Origin: Camelus dromedarius
Taxonomy: Eukaryota
NCBI RefSeq assembly: GCF_036321535.1
Contig: NC_087436.1
Coordinates: 21,888,001 to 21,952,000, forward strand
Length of the DNA: 64,000 bases
Direction: 5' to 3'
A program made the translations under genes and the position numbers. Below are positions 1-11,225 of the stretch, piece after piece. The stretch's first letter is position 1; each line of letters begins with the position of its first letter. The notes beneath the pieces are model-generated. The model worked only from the letters and a program-made list of their open reading frames with translations, was not told the DNA's origin and did not search any database.

Positions 1-1554
1 ATTAAAACCAATCTAAAGTCAGAGACAGTGAATGTAGAGTAGGAAGCTTCGGCCCTAAGCTTACAGTCTCTCTCATTTTAGCTCCGGAACTATAATCCTT
101 TAATTGAAGCTTTGCTCTGTTCCTGAGCGTTCAGCTGTTACTAACAAATTTCATGGAGTGTCTATTTTGGAAACATGGCTGTTTTAGGCAAGCCGTGTCT
201 TTAGTAAATTGGTGTTTTAATTGCAAGAAGGTAGACTATGATATGAGAGTACCCAGATTCAAAATGTTTTTTTATCCCTTTTCAAGTGCATAAATAAATA
301 AACAGCAATAATGAAAAAGCATACGCTTTTTTAGCGTATGTAATGAACTGTGGTTAGAGAAGGATTGAAGAATGTGATTACTCTGGCTGTGGCAATTTAA
401 GAGAAGAATTGTGTTTGTATAGAGAATATGCCTCTTTTATGTGTACTTTTCCCAATGTGTATGGATTTATTTCATTGTTATTACAGGTATCAGAAACACA
501 AAGAAAATTTTAATGAGAAGAAACTTACTTATTTCAGCAATATAGTCATTCAAACTTTTACAATACTAGCTAAAATGAAAGACTTCTCTTGTTCATGCCA
601 TCCTTTCTGCAGTGCAGTCTGCTTCTTTGTCTCATCATCTCCCTGTAACAGAAGGGTGACGGGGAGACTCTGGGCTCAATGACCACCCCCCTCACCAGGA
701 GAGAACTGCTGGGACCGTTGTAGTTAGTGATCAGCAATTTCCACCTGGGTTCCCATTTCCCACCAAGGCTAAGTGATGCCCTAGAACCCAACGAGTTGAA
801 CAGGGCGGGGGGGGGGGGGTCTTCTGTCCACACTCAGAGCTGTTCTCGGTTATGTTGCTATATATGGATTCAAATATACTCAGGAAATGAGACTCTTCTT
901 CAATGTAGACATTCAGGATGCAACACTTCTGCCAACTAACATAGAGCATCGAGCCCTAAAACTCTAGGTCCTGTCTGCTCTTAAAACAAGTTGAGAGACC
1001 TGGTAATAATTAAGTTACTTATACCGGAATCTTTTCATCTTTTCCATCGAACCTATGTATAAATATTTGAATGTGCAGGACCAGATACCTGATCTGTAAA
1101 ATTATAGCACTTGAGTGGGTGATCTTTGAGGTTGACTAGAATCTGATAGTCAATCAAGTGACAGAAGAGGCTCTGAACATGGTCCTTACTTCAGTGTAAA
1201 GCCCAGTGGGGCTCACAGACAAAAAGGGAACTTACCTTATTCACTTACAGTTTTTAATGAGTTGCTTATAAGTTTGTGCATAGTCTGACTGTTTTTGCAC
1301 TTAGAGACCGACAGTTGCTGATGTCTGCAGTTTTTTTTGAATCCTGTAGAGAAATCTTGATATACACAGAACTTCACATAGGCCACAGAAACTTCTAAAC
1401 TTGTAGGAACGGGGTTTAAATACTGTTTCTGCCGTTCACTGGCATCATAGCACTGCACAAAGTACATGTACTCTTCAAACTCAGTTTCTTAATGGGAAAT
1501 ACACTCATGCCTACGTGCTGTATCTCTTTTCGACTGCAGACTGACCTTCCCTGC

Positions 1555-2010
1555 TACCTGCTGGATATTCTTTTTAGGATATCATGATGGTGCCTCAAAT
1601 ATCTGTCCAAAACAGAACTCCCTTTCCTCTCCTTCCATGTACCCACCTTCTGCCTAGATACCCAGGGGCTCAATCTGGTAATAGGGATCTCCTCCTCCCT
1701 CCTTCTCCGGACCTTTCATATTCAGTGAATGGAAAATTAATTTTGATTTTCTTCACATTATGTCTTGGCTTACTCTCCTCTTCTCCATTTCTAATGCCAT
1801 TACCCTCTTTGAGATTATGATGACTATGTGCCTGAAATATCAGAACAGCTCCCTACAGGTTTTCATACCTTCCCCAGCTTTCATTTCCATCCCCTTTGTT
1901 TTGTATCTTACCATGTGCTGCCAGTTTAATCTCATTGAGACATAGCTGTCGTCCTGTCACTTTCTTCTTAAAAGCCTTCCAGTGGATCTCCGTGCACTGA
2001 ACCAAGGCCA
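1555..2010 (+). mobile_element. L2 (LINE2) fragment, highly diverged
   Basis: ctcaaatatctgtccaaaacagaactc and gtcacttttcttcttaaaagccttccagtggatctcc resemble L2 consensus motifs; boundaries approximate. Confidence 0.6.
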
Positions 2011-2091
2011 AACTGAAAAAGCACGTCACACACGAGCACCCTCGCGTGCCTCATACTAGGTCACCTAGGCTCCGGCAGTCGATACATTTTC

Positions 2092-2830
2092 TTTGACGTT
2101 TCCTCATGTTTAAGTTCAGATTTTGCGTTTTTTGGCAAAAAATACCCACAAGTGAGGTTGTGACCTCCTTGGTACGTCAAATCAGAAATAATATGATGTT
2201 AATTTGTTCCATTACTGAAAATGGTAACTTTGAACATTGGGTGAAGGTGATGTCTCTCAGGTTTATCCACTACAAAGTTAGTAAAATTTCTTTGTTTTTA
2301 ACAAGGATCTTGGGGGGTATAATTTGAGCGTATTGAAATATCTTGTTGCTTATCACACCGTTAGCACTAACTTTAGCATCTGTTGACAATTCTTGTCTGA
2401 AACAATTATTACTGGGGTGTTTGCCAAATACTACTTGTAAATTTATAATAAGGAAGAATTTATTCAAACATTCATCTGTTCATTTATTATTTATATTAGT
2501 ATGGGCAAATGAACTCATTTTATTCGATGGGTTGTAATCTGTCATAAATAATCATTACTCATTTCGTTGTTCAGTTTTCCCAGATTTGGCCTTTAGGAGT
2601 CCCCTTCAGGTTGGCACCTGTATCTTTTTAGAATGTACCTACCCCCACCCCCTTTTAAGCACTTGAGCATTTTCTGGCACCACGAGATATTTTAGGCTTA
2701 CCTTGTACTTTCCCTGTTCCAGTCCCTCAATCAGCTGTTTCTCCAGAGACTTGTAGTTTTCTTTTATTGGAGCATGGTATTTAGAAACCAAGATCCGGGC
2801 AGTGAATGGGCTCATTAGTACTGGGGTATC
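2092..2830 (-). mobile_element. L1MC-type (L1MC4-like) 3' region, inverted segment
   Basis: ttggagcatggtatttagaaaccaagatccgggc, ttccctgttccagtccctcaatcagctgtttctccag and ttccattactgaaaatggtaactttgaacattgggtgaagg match the reverse complement of the recalled L1MC 3' UTR. Confidence 0.75.
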
Positions 2831-2832
2831 AC

Positions 2833-3035
2833 AATACCTGACCGACACTCTTGAAAGTTGACAAGGTTGTGAAAAACAAAGACAGACTGAGGACCTGTTC
2901 CATATTAATGGAAGCTAAGGAAACATGACAACTAAATGCAAAGTGTGATTTTGGATTGGATCCTGAACCAAAAAAGAACAATAGTAGGGCAATTGGAGAA
3001 ATTTGAGTAAGTTCTATAGATTAAATAATACTGTA
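2833..3035 (+). mobile_element. L1MC-type 3' region, sense segment
   Basis: gactgaggacctgttccatattaatggaagctaaggaaacatgacaactaaatgcaaagtgtgattttggattggatcctgaacc is a typical L1MC/ME 3' UTR motif. Confidence 0.75.
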
Positions 3036-3489
3036 TATTGTGTTATAGACTTATATATATCTGTCTTCCTGTAATGGTCAAGTCAAAATAACATGAGCAT
3101 TCACATTATTACTGATTTTTTAAAAAAAATTATTGATGAAGTTCAAGAGACTGATCTAAATTAAGGTCAAGATAATTCATAAAAGAGATAAAAGTATAGT
3201 TGGTACTCTAACTATATCATTTAGAATTTTTGAGGGAAATTATCATGTAAACCCCAAATTATCTAATTAATCTCCTTTTGGTGAACATTTACATTGTTTC
3301 AGTTTTCCCCTGCTGATATATAATGCTGTATTAACATATTTCTGCATACATTTTAAAACATTTGAAAATCTCCTTGGGAAAAAAAAGAAAGAAAGAAAAT
3401 CTCCTTGGGATACATTTCTTGAAGGTTGGTTTAATAATTTATGGTACAACCATAAGCAATATGAAATCACTAAAAATTGTGATATAGAT

Positions 3490-3676
3490 CAGCATTTGGC
3501 AGACTATAGCCTATGGGCCAAATCATCTTTGCTCACTCATTTACATATTGTCTAAGGCTGCTTGCATGCTGCAGAGCAAGGACAGAGTCGAGTAGCTGCA
3601 ACAGGGACTATATGGCTCACAAAGCCTAAAATATTTACTGTTGGCCCTTTACAGCAGAAGTTACCCAACCGTCCTG
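3490..3676. mobile_element. MER58A-like non-autonomous hAT-Charlie DNA transposon
   Basis: Starts cagcatttggcagactatagcctatgggccaaatc and ends cacaaagcctaaaatatttactgttggcccttttacagcagaagttacccaaccgtcctg. Confidence 0.8.
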
Positions 3677-4199
3677 TAGATTTCTATATGCAGAATGACA
3701 AAATTCTGTGAAAAAGACACATTTTGATTACATATATTCTTATATATTTGTATATGTATATTTTTTCATTTTTTAATTGAAGTATGGTTGATTTACAATA
3801 TTATATTAGTTTCAGGTGTACAACATAGTGACTCAATATTTTTATAGTGTATTCTCCATTTAAAGTTATTACAAAATAATGGCTATAATTCTCTGTGCTC
3901 TACAATATGTCCTTTTTGCTTATCTATTTTATACATAGTTTGTATCCCTTAATCTCATACCTGTATCTTGCCCTTCCCCTTTCCCTCTCCTCACTGGTAC
4001 CCACTAATTTGTTTTCTATATTTGTAAGTCTGTTCTATTTTGCTATATGCATTCCTTTGTTTTTTTTTAGATTTCACATATAAGTTTATAACATATTATT
4101 TATCTTTCTCTGACTGATTTATTTCACTGAGCATAATACTCTGTAGGCCCATTCACATTCTTGCAAGTGGCATAATTTTATTCTTTTTTATGGCAGCAT

Positions 4200-7100
4200 A
4201 TTCTTGCCTTTTTTGTTGTAGATTAATTCTCTATAGGTGTTTTGGTTTATTTCTGGGCTCTCTATTCTGTTTCATTGATCTATTTATCTGTTTTTGTGCC
4301 AATACCATGCTGTTTTGATATCTTCAGCTTTGTAGTATAGTCTAAAGTCAGGGCACATGATATCCACAGGTTTTTATACTTCTCAATATTGTTTGGCAAT
4401 CTGGGATCTTTTGTGGTTTCATATAAATTTTTGGATTATTTGTTCTAGTTCTGTGAAAAATATCCTAGGTATTTTGATAATGATTGCATTAAATCTGTAG
4501 ATTCCTTTGGGTAGTATGGACATTTTAACAATATTACTTCTTTCAATCCAAGAACATGAGATAGCTTTCTGTTTCTCTGTATCAACTTCAATTTCCCTCA
4601 TCAATATTTTGTAGTTTTCAGAGTATGTCTTTCACCACCTTGGCTAAGTTTATTCTTAGGTATTTTATTCTTTTTGATGTGATTGCAAACAAGATTTTTC
4701 TTTTTGCTTTCTCTTTCTGATAGTTTGTTATTCATGAATAGAAAAGTAGAAGAATTCTGTATATTAATCTTGTATTCTGCAACTTTACTGAATTCATTTG
4801 TTAGTTCTAATATGATTTTTCGTGGAGAATTTAGGGTTTTCTATATATAGTTTCATGTCATCTAAAAATAGTGACAATTTTACTTCTTTCCTTCCAATTT
4901 GGTTGCCTTTTTGGTCTTTTCCTTGTCTGATTGCTGCAGCTAGGAATTCCATTACTATATTAAATAGAATTGGTGAGAGCACAAAAAACTAAAAATAAGC
5001 TTACTATATGATCCAGCAATCCCACTTCTGGGCATATATCCAGAGGAAACTCTAATTCGAAAAGATACATGCACTCCAATGCTCATAGAAGTACTATTTA
5101 CAATAGCCAATACATGGAAGCAACCTAAATGTCCATCAACAGATGACTGGATAAAGAAGCTGTGGAATATTTATACAATGGAATACTACTCAGCTGTAAA
5201 AAAGAAAAAATAATGCCACTTGCAGCACCATGGATAGACCTTATGAAAGGCATGTCATATACAGCCTTTATTATGTTGACATATGTTCCATCTATAGCCA
5301 CTTTGATGAGAGGTTTAATAATGGATGGATATCGAATTTTGTCAAATGCTTTTTCCTGTGTCTGTGGAGATAATTGTGATTTTTATCCTTCCTTTTGCTA
5401 ATGTAGCATATCATTGATTGATATGCAAATATTAAACCATTCATGGGTCCGTGGAATAAATCCCAGTTGATCATGGTGTATGATCCTTTATACTTACTGT
5501 TGACTGTATTTTGCTAGTATATTGTTGAGGATTTTTGCAATTATATTCATCAAAGATACTGACTGTAATTTTTTTTTTTGGTAGTGTCTTTGATTTTTAG
5601 CATCAGGGTGATGGTGGCCTTGTAGAATGAATTTGGAAGTATTCCCTCCTCTTCAATCTTTGGAATAGTTTGAGAAGGATTGGTATTAGTTCTTAATGTG
5701 TTTGTTAGAAGCCATCTGGTCTTGGATTTTTGATTGCAGGCATTTTTCATTTATTACAAATTCAATTTCACTACTAGTGTTCAGTCTGTTAAATTGTCCA
5801 TTTCTTCTAGGTTGTCCAATCTGCTGGCATATAACTGCTTGTAGTATTCTCTTATGATCTTTTGTATCTCTGTGATATCAGCTGTTATTTCTCCTTTTTT
5901 ATTTCTCATTTTGTTTATTTAAGTCATTTCTCTTTTTCTTGATAAACTCAGCTAAAGTTTTATCAATTTTATCTTTTCAAAAAACAAGCTCTTGTTTTCA
6001 CTGATCTTTTCTTCCTTTCTTGTTTTCTTTCTTTCTTGTTTGCTTGCTTGCTTGCTTTCTCTCTTTTTTGTGTTTTTGTTTTTGGTCTCTATTTGTTTCC
6101 TCTCTGATTTTTATTATTTCCTTCCTTCTTCTGACTTTGGATTTTGTTTGTTCTTTTTCTAATTTCTTTAAGTGGAAGATTGTTCACAAGATTTTTCTTG
6201 TTTCTTGAGGAAGGCTTGGATCACTGTAAACTTCCCTCTTAGAACTGCTTTTGCTGCATCTCATCGATTTTGGAGCATGTGTTTTCATTTTCATTTGTCT
6301 CAAGGTATTTTCTAATTTCCTCTTTGACTTCTTCATTGACTCATTAGCTTTTTATTAACATATTCTTTATTCTCCATGTGTTTGTGCTTTACCCATTTTT
6401 CTTTCTGTAATTGGTATCTGGTTTTGTATATTGTGGTTGTGAAAAAAAAAAAGTGCTTGATATAATTTCTATCCTCTTAAATTTGTTGAGACTTATTTTG
6501 TGGCCTAGCATGTGATCTATCCTGGAGAATGTTCCATATGCATTTGAGAAGAATATGTATTCTACTGTTTTGGGATGGAATGTCCTGTGGATATCAATAA
6601 GTCCAATTGATCTGTTGTGTCTTTTAAGACCACTGTTGCTTTATTGATTTTCTATCTGGATCATCTGTCCATTGATGTAGGTGAAATGTTGAAGTTCCTT
6701 ACTATTATTATATTATTGTCAGTTTATCCCTTTATATCTGTTAATATTTGCTTTATACCTTTAGGTGCCCCTGTATTGGGAGCATATATGTTCATGAATG
6801 TAATATCCTCTTCTTGTATTGAATCTTTTATCATTATATAATGCCTTTCTTTGTCTTTTGTTATAACATTTCTTTTAGAGTCTGTTTTGTCTGATATGAG
6901 TATTGCTACCGCTGTTCTCTTGTCATTTTTATTTGTATGAAATATCTTTTTCCATACCTTCACATTCAGTCTGTGTGTGTTTTTAGCTCTAAAGTGAGTG
7001 TCTTGTAGACAGCACAGAGATGTCTTTTTTTTTAAAAATTCAGTCAGCCACCCTGTGTCTTTTGATTAGAGTATTTATTCTATTGACATTTAAAATAATT
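4200..7100 (-). pseudogene. L1 ORF2p remnant (APE endonuclease plus reverse transcriptase), frameshifted
   Basis: EN and RT peptides lie in separate short ORFs; RT catalytic motif reads FLDD rather than FADD; many stops. Confidence 0.88.
4981..5241 (+). mobile_element. L1 ORF2 C-terminal fragment in opposite orientation inside the large L1
   Basis: ctatatgatccagcaatcccacttctgggcatatatcc...cctaaatgtccatcaacagatgactggataaagaag; homologous by eye to about 56620-56880; no polyA tail. Confidence 0.9.
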
Positions 7101-7499
7101 AATGTTAAATATATTTATTGCCATTTGTTAATTGTTTTTAAGTAGTTCTTCTGTATTAATTTCTTCTTATTTTTATTTCTTCCCTTGTGGTTTGATTATT
7201 TTCTTTATTACTATGCTTATGTTCCTTTCTTTTTAGTTTCTGTGTATCTTTTCTAGGTTTTTAGTGGTTACCTTGGAATTCATATATATTAACCTATATC
7301 TACTTACTTTAAAGTGGTAGTCATAAGTTCAAATACATTCTAAAAGATCTACATATTTTACTCTCCTTTCCTACATTTTTGATGTTATTTTACATCTTCA
7401 TGTGTATCCTGTGACTGTTTATTGTAATTATAGTTGTTTTTACAATTTTTTTGTCTTTTAATCTTCATACTAGCTTATTTAAGTGGTTGATCCTTATCA

Positions 7500-8450
7500 C
7501 TTACTATATATTTGCCTTTCCTAGTGGGATTTTTTCATTTCCTACAGATTTTTACTTCTTTTCCATTTAGAGATGACTGTTTAACATTTCTTTGAGTGTA
7601 GGTTTAGTACTGATGAACTTGTTTAGTTTTCGCTTGTCTGAGAAGTTCTTTATCTCTCCTGCAATTCTCTATGATAATCTTGCCTGGTAGAGGATCCTAG
7701 GCAAGGATATTGCAGGTTTTCCCTTTCAGCACTTTGAATAAATCATACCACTGCCTTCTGGCCTGCAGATTCAGTAGACAAATAATTTGATAGCCTTATA
7801 AGATCTCCCTTAAAATGAATATTTGTTTTATTCTTGCTGTTTTTAGAATCCTCTCTTTCTCTTTAACTTTGCCATTTTAATTATGCCTTGCTGTGGGTCT
7901 GTTTGGGTTTTTCTTGTTTGGGACCCTCTGTGCTTTCTGTACTTGGATATCTGTTTACTTTTTCAGGTTTGGGAAACTTTCAGCCATATTTTCCATAAAT
8001 ACATTTTCCACCCATTTCTGTCTCTCTTCTCCTCTCAGACCCCTGTTATGCAAATGTTGGTATGCTTTGTGTTATGTCAAAGATCTCTTAAAAATTTTTT
8101 TTAATTTGTTTTTCTTTTTGCTGTTCTGATTGGATGATTTCCATTACTTTATATTCCAGATCACTTGTGCATTCTTCTATGTCACTTAATCTGCTATTCA
8201 GTCCTTCTGGTTTTTTTTTTTTTTTTAATTATTGAATTTGTATTTCTGATTTGGTCTTTTAGAATATTTTCTAGTACTTTGTTAAAATTATCACTGTGTT
8301 CATCTATTCTTTTACCTAATTCAGGTGGCATTCTTATTATGAGTGTTTTGAATTCTTTGTCTGGTGAATAGTTTATTTGTTTCATTATTTTTTTCAGGGG
8401 TTTTCTTTTGCTCTTTAAATTAAGACCAGTTCCTCTGTCTTCTCATTTGG
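7500..8450 (-). pseudogene. L1 ORF1p remnant
   Basis: ORF 8194-8385 resembles the ORF1p N-terminal/coiled-coil region; sequence at about 7600-8050 resembles antisense ORF1 C-terminal half. Confidence 0.75.
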
Positions 8451-9088
8451 TTAACTTTCTTTATTTCTATGAATTCAGGTGAAACAGTTACCTGTTGAAA
8501 TCTTGAAGGAGTGTCCTTGTGTGGGAGCATCCCTACACAGACTGCTTGTGCCTAGTGCCTTTGGTTTGAGAGCTAGATTTAAAGTGGATGCAAGTCACAT
8601 CTTTTCTCAGTGTATGCTGGCATGTATCACTTTGGTAGGAGGTGGGACTGGCTATGGAGAGGCTAGGGCTGGAGCCTAGTGTGAAGTGGGGCTTCCCTTC
8701 TGCTCACTGGCCATCACTTCCCTATTTGGGGCAGGTTTGGATCCCAAGTTCCTGGGTCAGAAGCCAAGAGAGTTGTGTCTGATCTGGTTCTATTCCCTTT
8801 AAGTGTTTGTTGTTCCATCTCCTAGCACTGGTACCTTTGCTGCAGAAGAGAGCAGTGCTGAAAAAGAAGGGCCTGTGGAGGCTCTCTGCTTGTGACAGGG
8901 CATGGGCTGCTGCAGGTCAGCCGGAGACTGAGATCCAAGCTGCCTCTGATGCGCTGCCTATGCCGGTACCAGCAATTGTTGCCCTCGCTCTGCTCAGACA
9001 CAGCCTCAGGTCTGAGTCCTCTTTATCCCTCAGAGCTGATCACTCCCTCCAGCACCCCTCTGCCCTGCCCTATCTTAATCGATCTCCC

Positions 9089-9139
9089 GTGTGTATGTGT
9101 ATATATACACATATATATACATATATATATATATATATA
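9089..9139. repeat. (TA)/(TG)-rich microsatellite
   Basis: gtgtgtatgtgtatatatacacatatatatacatatatatatatatatata seen directly. Confidence 0.9.
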
Positions 9140-9414
9140 ATTTAAATCATAGATCCTATTAATTTAAAATTATTTGTGGACAGAGAGACGCTGCAAGGTT
9201 GTTCACTGATGTTCAAAAGCAGTTCCTTTTTTTTACATTCTTGCTTATAATTTTCTGTATACCTAACATTTTCTTAAAAGGGTTGTGTAAATTCTGTTTT
9301 CACATTTTTACTTCAAGGTAACTACACTATTCAGTCTTCTACATCCAAAGTTCTAGTGAAATGAGACTGGCAATGATCACAAGAGACTTTGAATGACACA
9401 TTTTAACTTTTAAG

Positions 9415-9465
9415 TAGGGCAACCATATGTCGTACTTTGCCTGGAACAGTGCAGGTCCATGACTA
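9415..9465. mobile_element. Short hAT-Blackjack-like terminal fragment (MER94/MER81-like)
   Basis: tagggcaaccatatgtcgtactttgcctggaacagt resembles the agggtgaccatatgtccc terminus. Confidence 0.4.
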
Positions 9466-9544
9466 CTGGGACTTTAATGTCATTGTAGCCGTGTTTCTCT
9501 CTTAACTCAGTGGTGGTTCTTCCTAGTCTCCTAAGCCGTTATTT

Positions 9545-10030
9545 ATCCTTTGTGTGTGCTTTAAGTGTTTATGTACCTCTGGGTTCTGCCATTGGCCTTG
9601 TCCCTTCTCCCTGTGTTCACTCTCCTGGGAACTCTCTCCAACTTCCATAGTTTGGTTTACCCCTGTACACTGATGACTCCTAAATCTGTACCGTTAACTT
9701 CCAAACCAGTCCAGATTTCTGGACATTTTAAAGATATTTCAAATCTAATTTAATCTGGGTGCCGTCCTTGACACTTCCCTTCCCCTCCACCTCCATTCCT
9801 CCAATCAACAAAAATCTCTGACAATTTAACTGCCTAAATAATTCATAGCTTGATCCCCAATTTTTACTACCATTTTCCTAATTTAGATTCTCTGGTCCTT
9901 GCCTCTTCTCTGAGTGCCTTAAATTACCTTCCAAACCTCAGCCAGAAAAATCAGTGTTAAATGCCAACCTGAAAATAACAAGAGTGCCTGAGTCACTCTC
10001 TTTTTAAAATCACTTCAGGAGACCTCCCAG
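9545..10030 (+). mobile_element. L2 fragments
   Basis: ccctgtacactgatgactcctaaatctgta and neighbouring pyrimidine-rich L2-like motifs. Confidence 0.55.
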
Positions 10031-10046
10031 TGCCTAGTGATGTTTT

Positions 10047-10256
10047 TCAAAGTGTGGTCCATATACGACCTGAATCAGACCTTCCTGGGTTACGTTTTAA
10101 AAATGAAAATGAAAAAAAAAAAAAGTTGAAGCCCAGTCTGGGCTCCATCACCAAGCTACTGGATCAGAATTTATGGGTGATAAGAGCCCTGGAAATGTAT
10201 ATTAATTATATTCACCAGATAATTTCCATGTACTTTCATGGTGGAGAATTACTGGC
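10047..10256. mobile_element. MER5-family hAT-Charlie element
   Basis: tttttcaaagtgtggtcc...ctactggatcagaatttatggg...ggagaattactg. Confidence 0.65.
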
Positions 10257-10694
10257 CTAGGCCTCTATCAAGACACTTTTATCCAAGATGTTTATGAGAA
10301 CATCCAGAGCCTTCATGGCCTGTTAACTTCTCTAGTCTCATTTCTTGCCATTTCCTAACTAAAACTTTACATTCTACTAACATAGAGTCCTGTATTTTCC
10401 TGCTTGTACCTTGCTGCGTGATTTCTGTATACATTTACCATCCCCTGTGACTGAAATTCCTGCCCCTGCTTACTTCACCTGGCCCACTCACAGGTACGTT
10501 TCAGGTCCTCACTCACGTCTCCTCTGCTGCAGGCCTTCCCGACAGCCTCAGGTTGGACTCTGCACCAGAGAGCTGCCTCCCCAGGGCACCGTTCCTGGGC
10601 TTTGTCAGTGTGCCCGGTGCGTGGTTAATACTCAACAGTGGTTTAGCAAATTGAGTTAATGACAGACTCCTATGAAGCTTCTTAGAATATATGG

Positions 10695-11225
10695 ATTCTA
10701 TCTGCTGTCTTTTGTTGTATAACAAATCACTACAAAACTTTATGGCTTTAGATAACCACTGTTTATTGAGCTCATGATTCAGGGTGTGGGATGGGCAGGG
10801 GTGGAATTTGGTCTGCGATCAGCTGGGTAGTTCTTCCGTTGATAAGACTGGTGTTACTCCTGCGTCCGTGATCAGCTGCTGGTTGGTGGGGTGGCTCTGC
10901 TTCTGGGACTGGCTTTCTGGTAGCTGGAACAGGGGCAAGTTACTGTGCAATGATTCCATTGGCTGCAGAAGTCTAAACTGACCGAGTTTGGGGTTTGTTC
11001 AAATGGAGGTGGCAGGTTCTGGGACTGGGGGTCAAGGGGCAGAAGACAGTGGGAGGAAAACTGCAAATTCTTTTGAGGTTTATTTTTAGAACTGGGAAAA
11101 TATCATTTCTGCCGCTTTCTATTAGCCAAAACAAGTTACAACACCAGCCCAAATTTGAGGATGAAATGCCACTTATTGACTAGAGGGACTGTGAAGTATT
11201 AGGGCTGTTTCTGCAGTCTGTTCCA
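10695..11225 (-). mobile_element. MLT1-family (ERVL-MaLR) solo LTR
   Basis: ttgttgtataacaaatcactacaaaactttatggctttagataaccactgtttattgagctcatgattc and tctattagccaaaacaagttaca are MLT1 antisense hallmarks. Confidence 0.75.

Larger units (their letters stand above)
3765..9088 (-). mobile_element. Decayed near-full-length L1 (5'UTR-ORF1-ORF2-3'UTR) with internal deletions and an opposite-strand patch
   Basis: Minus-strand ORF remnants: ORF1p (8194-8385 KEFKTLIIRMPPELGKRIDEHSDNFNK), endonuclease (6724-6963 AVAILISDK...HYIMIKDSIQEEDITFMNIYAPN), RT (4794-4982 [11 protein letters not shown]...[18 protein letters not shown]), post-RT (4419-4604); L1 3' end ttttaattgaagtatggttgatttacaat at about 3770; GC-richer 5'UTR at about 8450-9088. 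Confidence 0.93.

Noticed and set aside
3750..3760. TSD of the large L1 (gtatatgtata versus gtatgtgtata at 9093-9103)
   Set aside because: Both copies lie in low-complexity TA/TG sequence, so the match is not discriminating
3765..9088. Potentially active L1 or domesticated reverse transcriptase
   Set aside because: ORFs are broken into pieces under 80 aa, with large deletions and an altered RT motif
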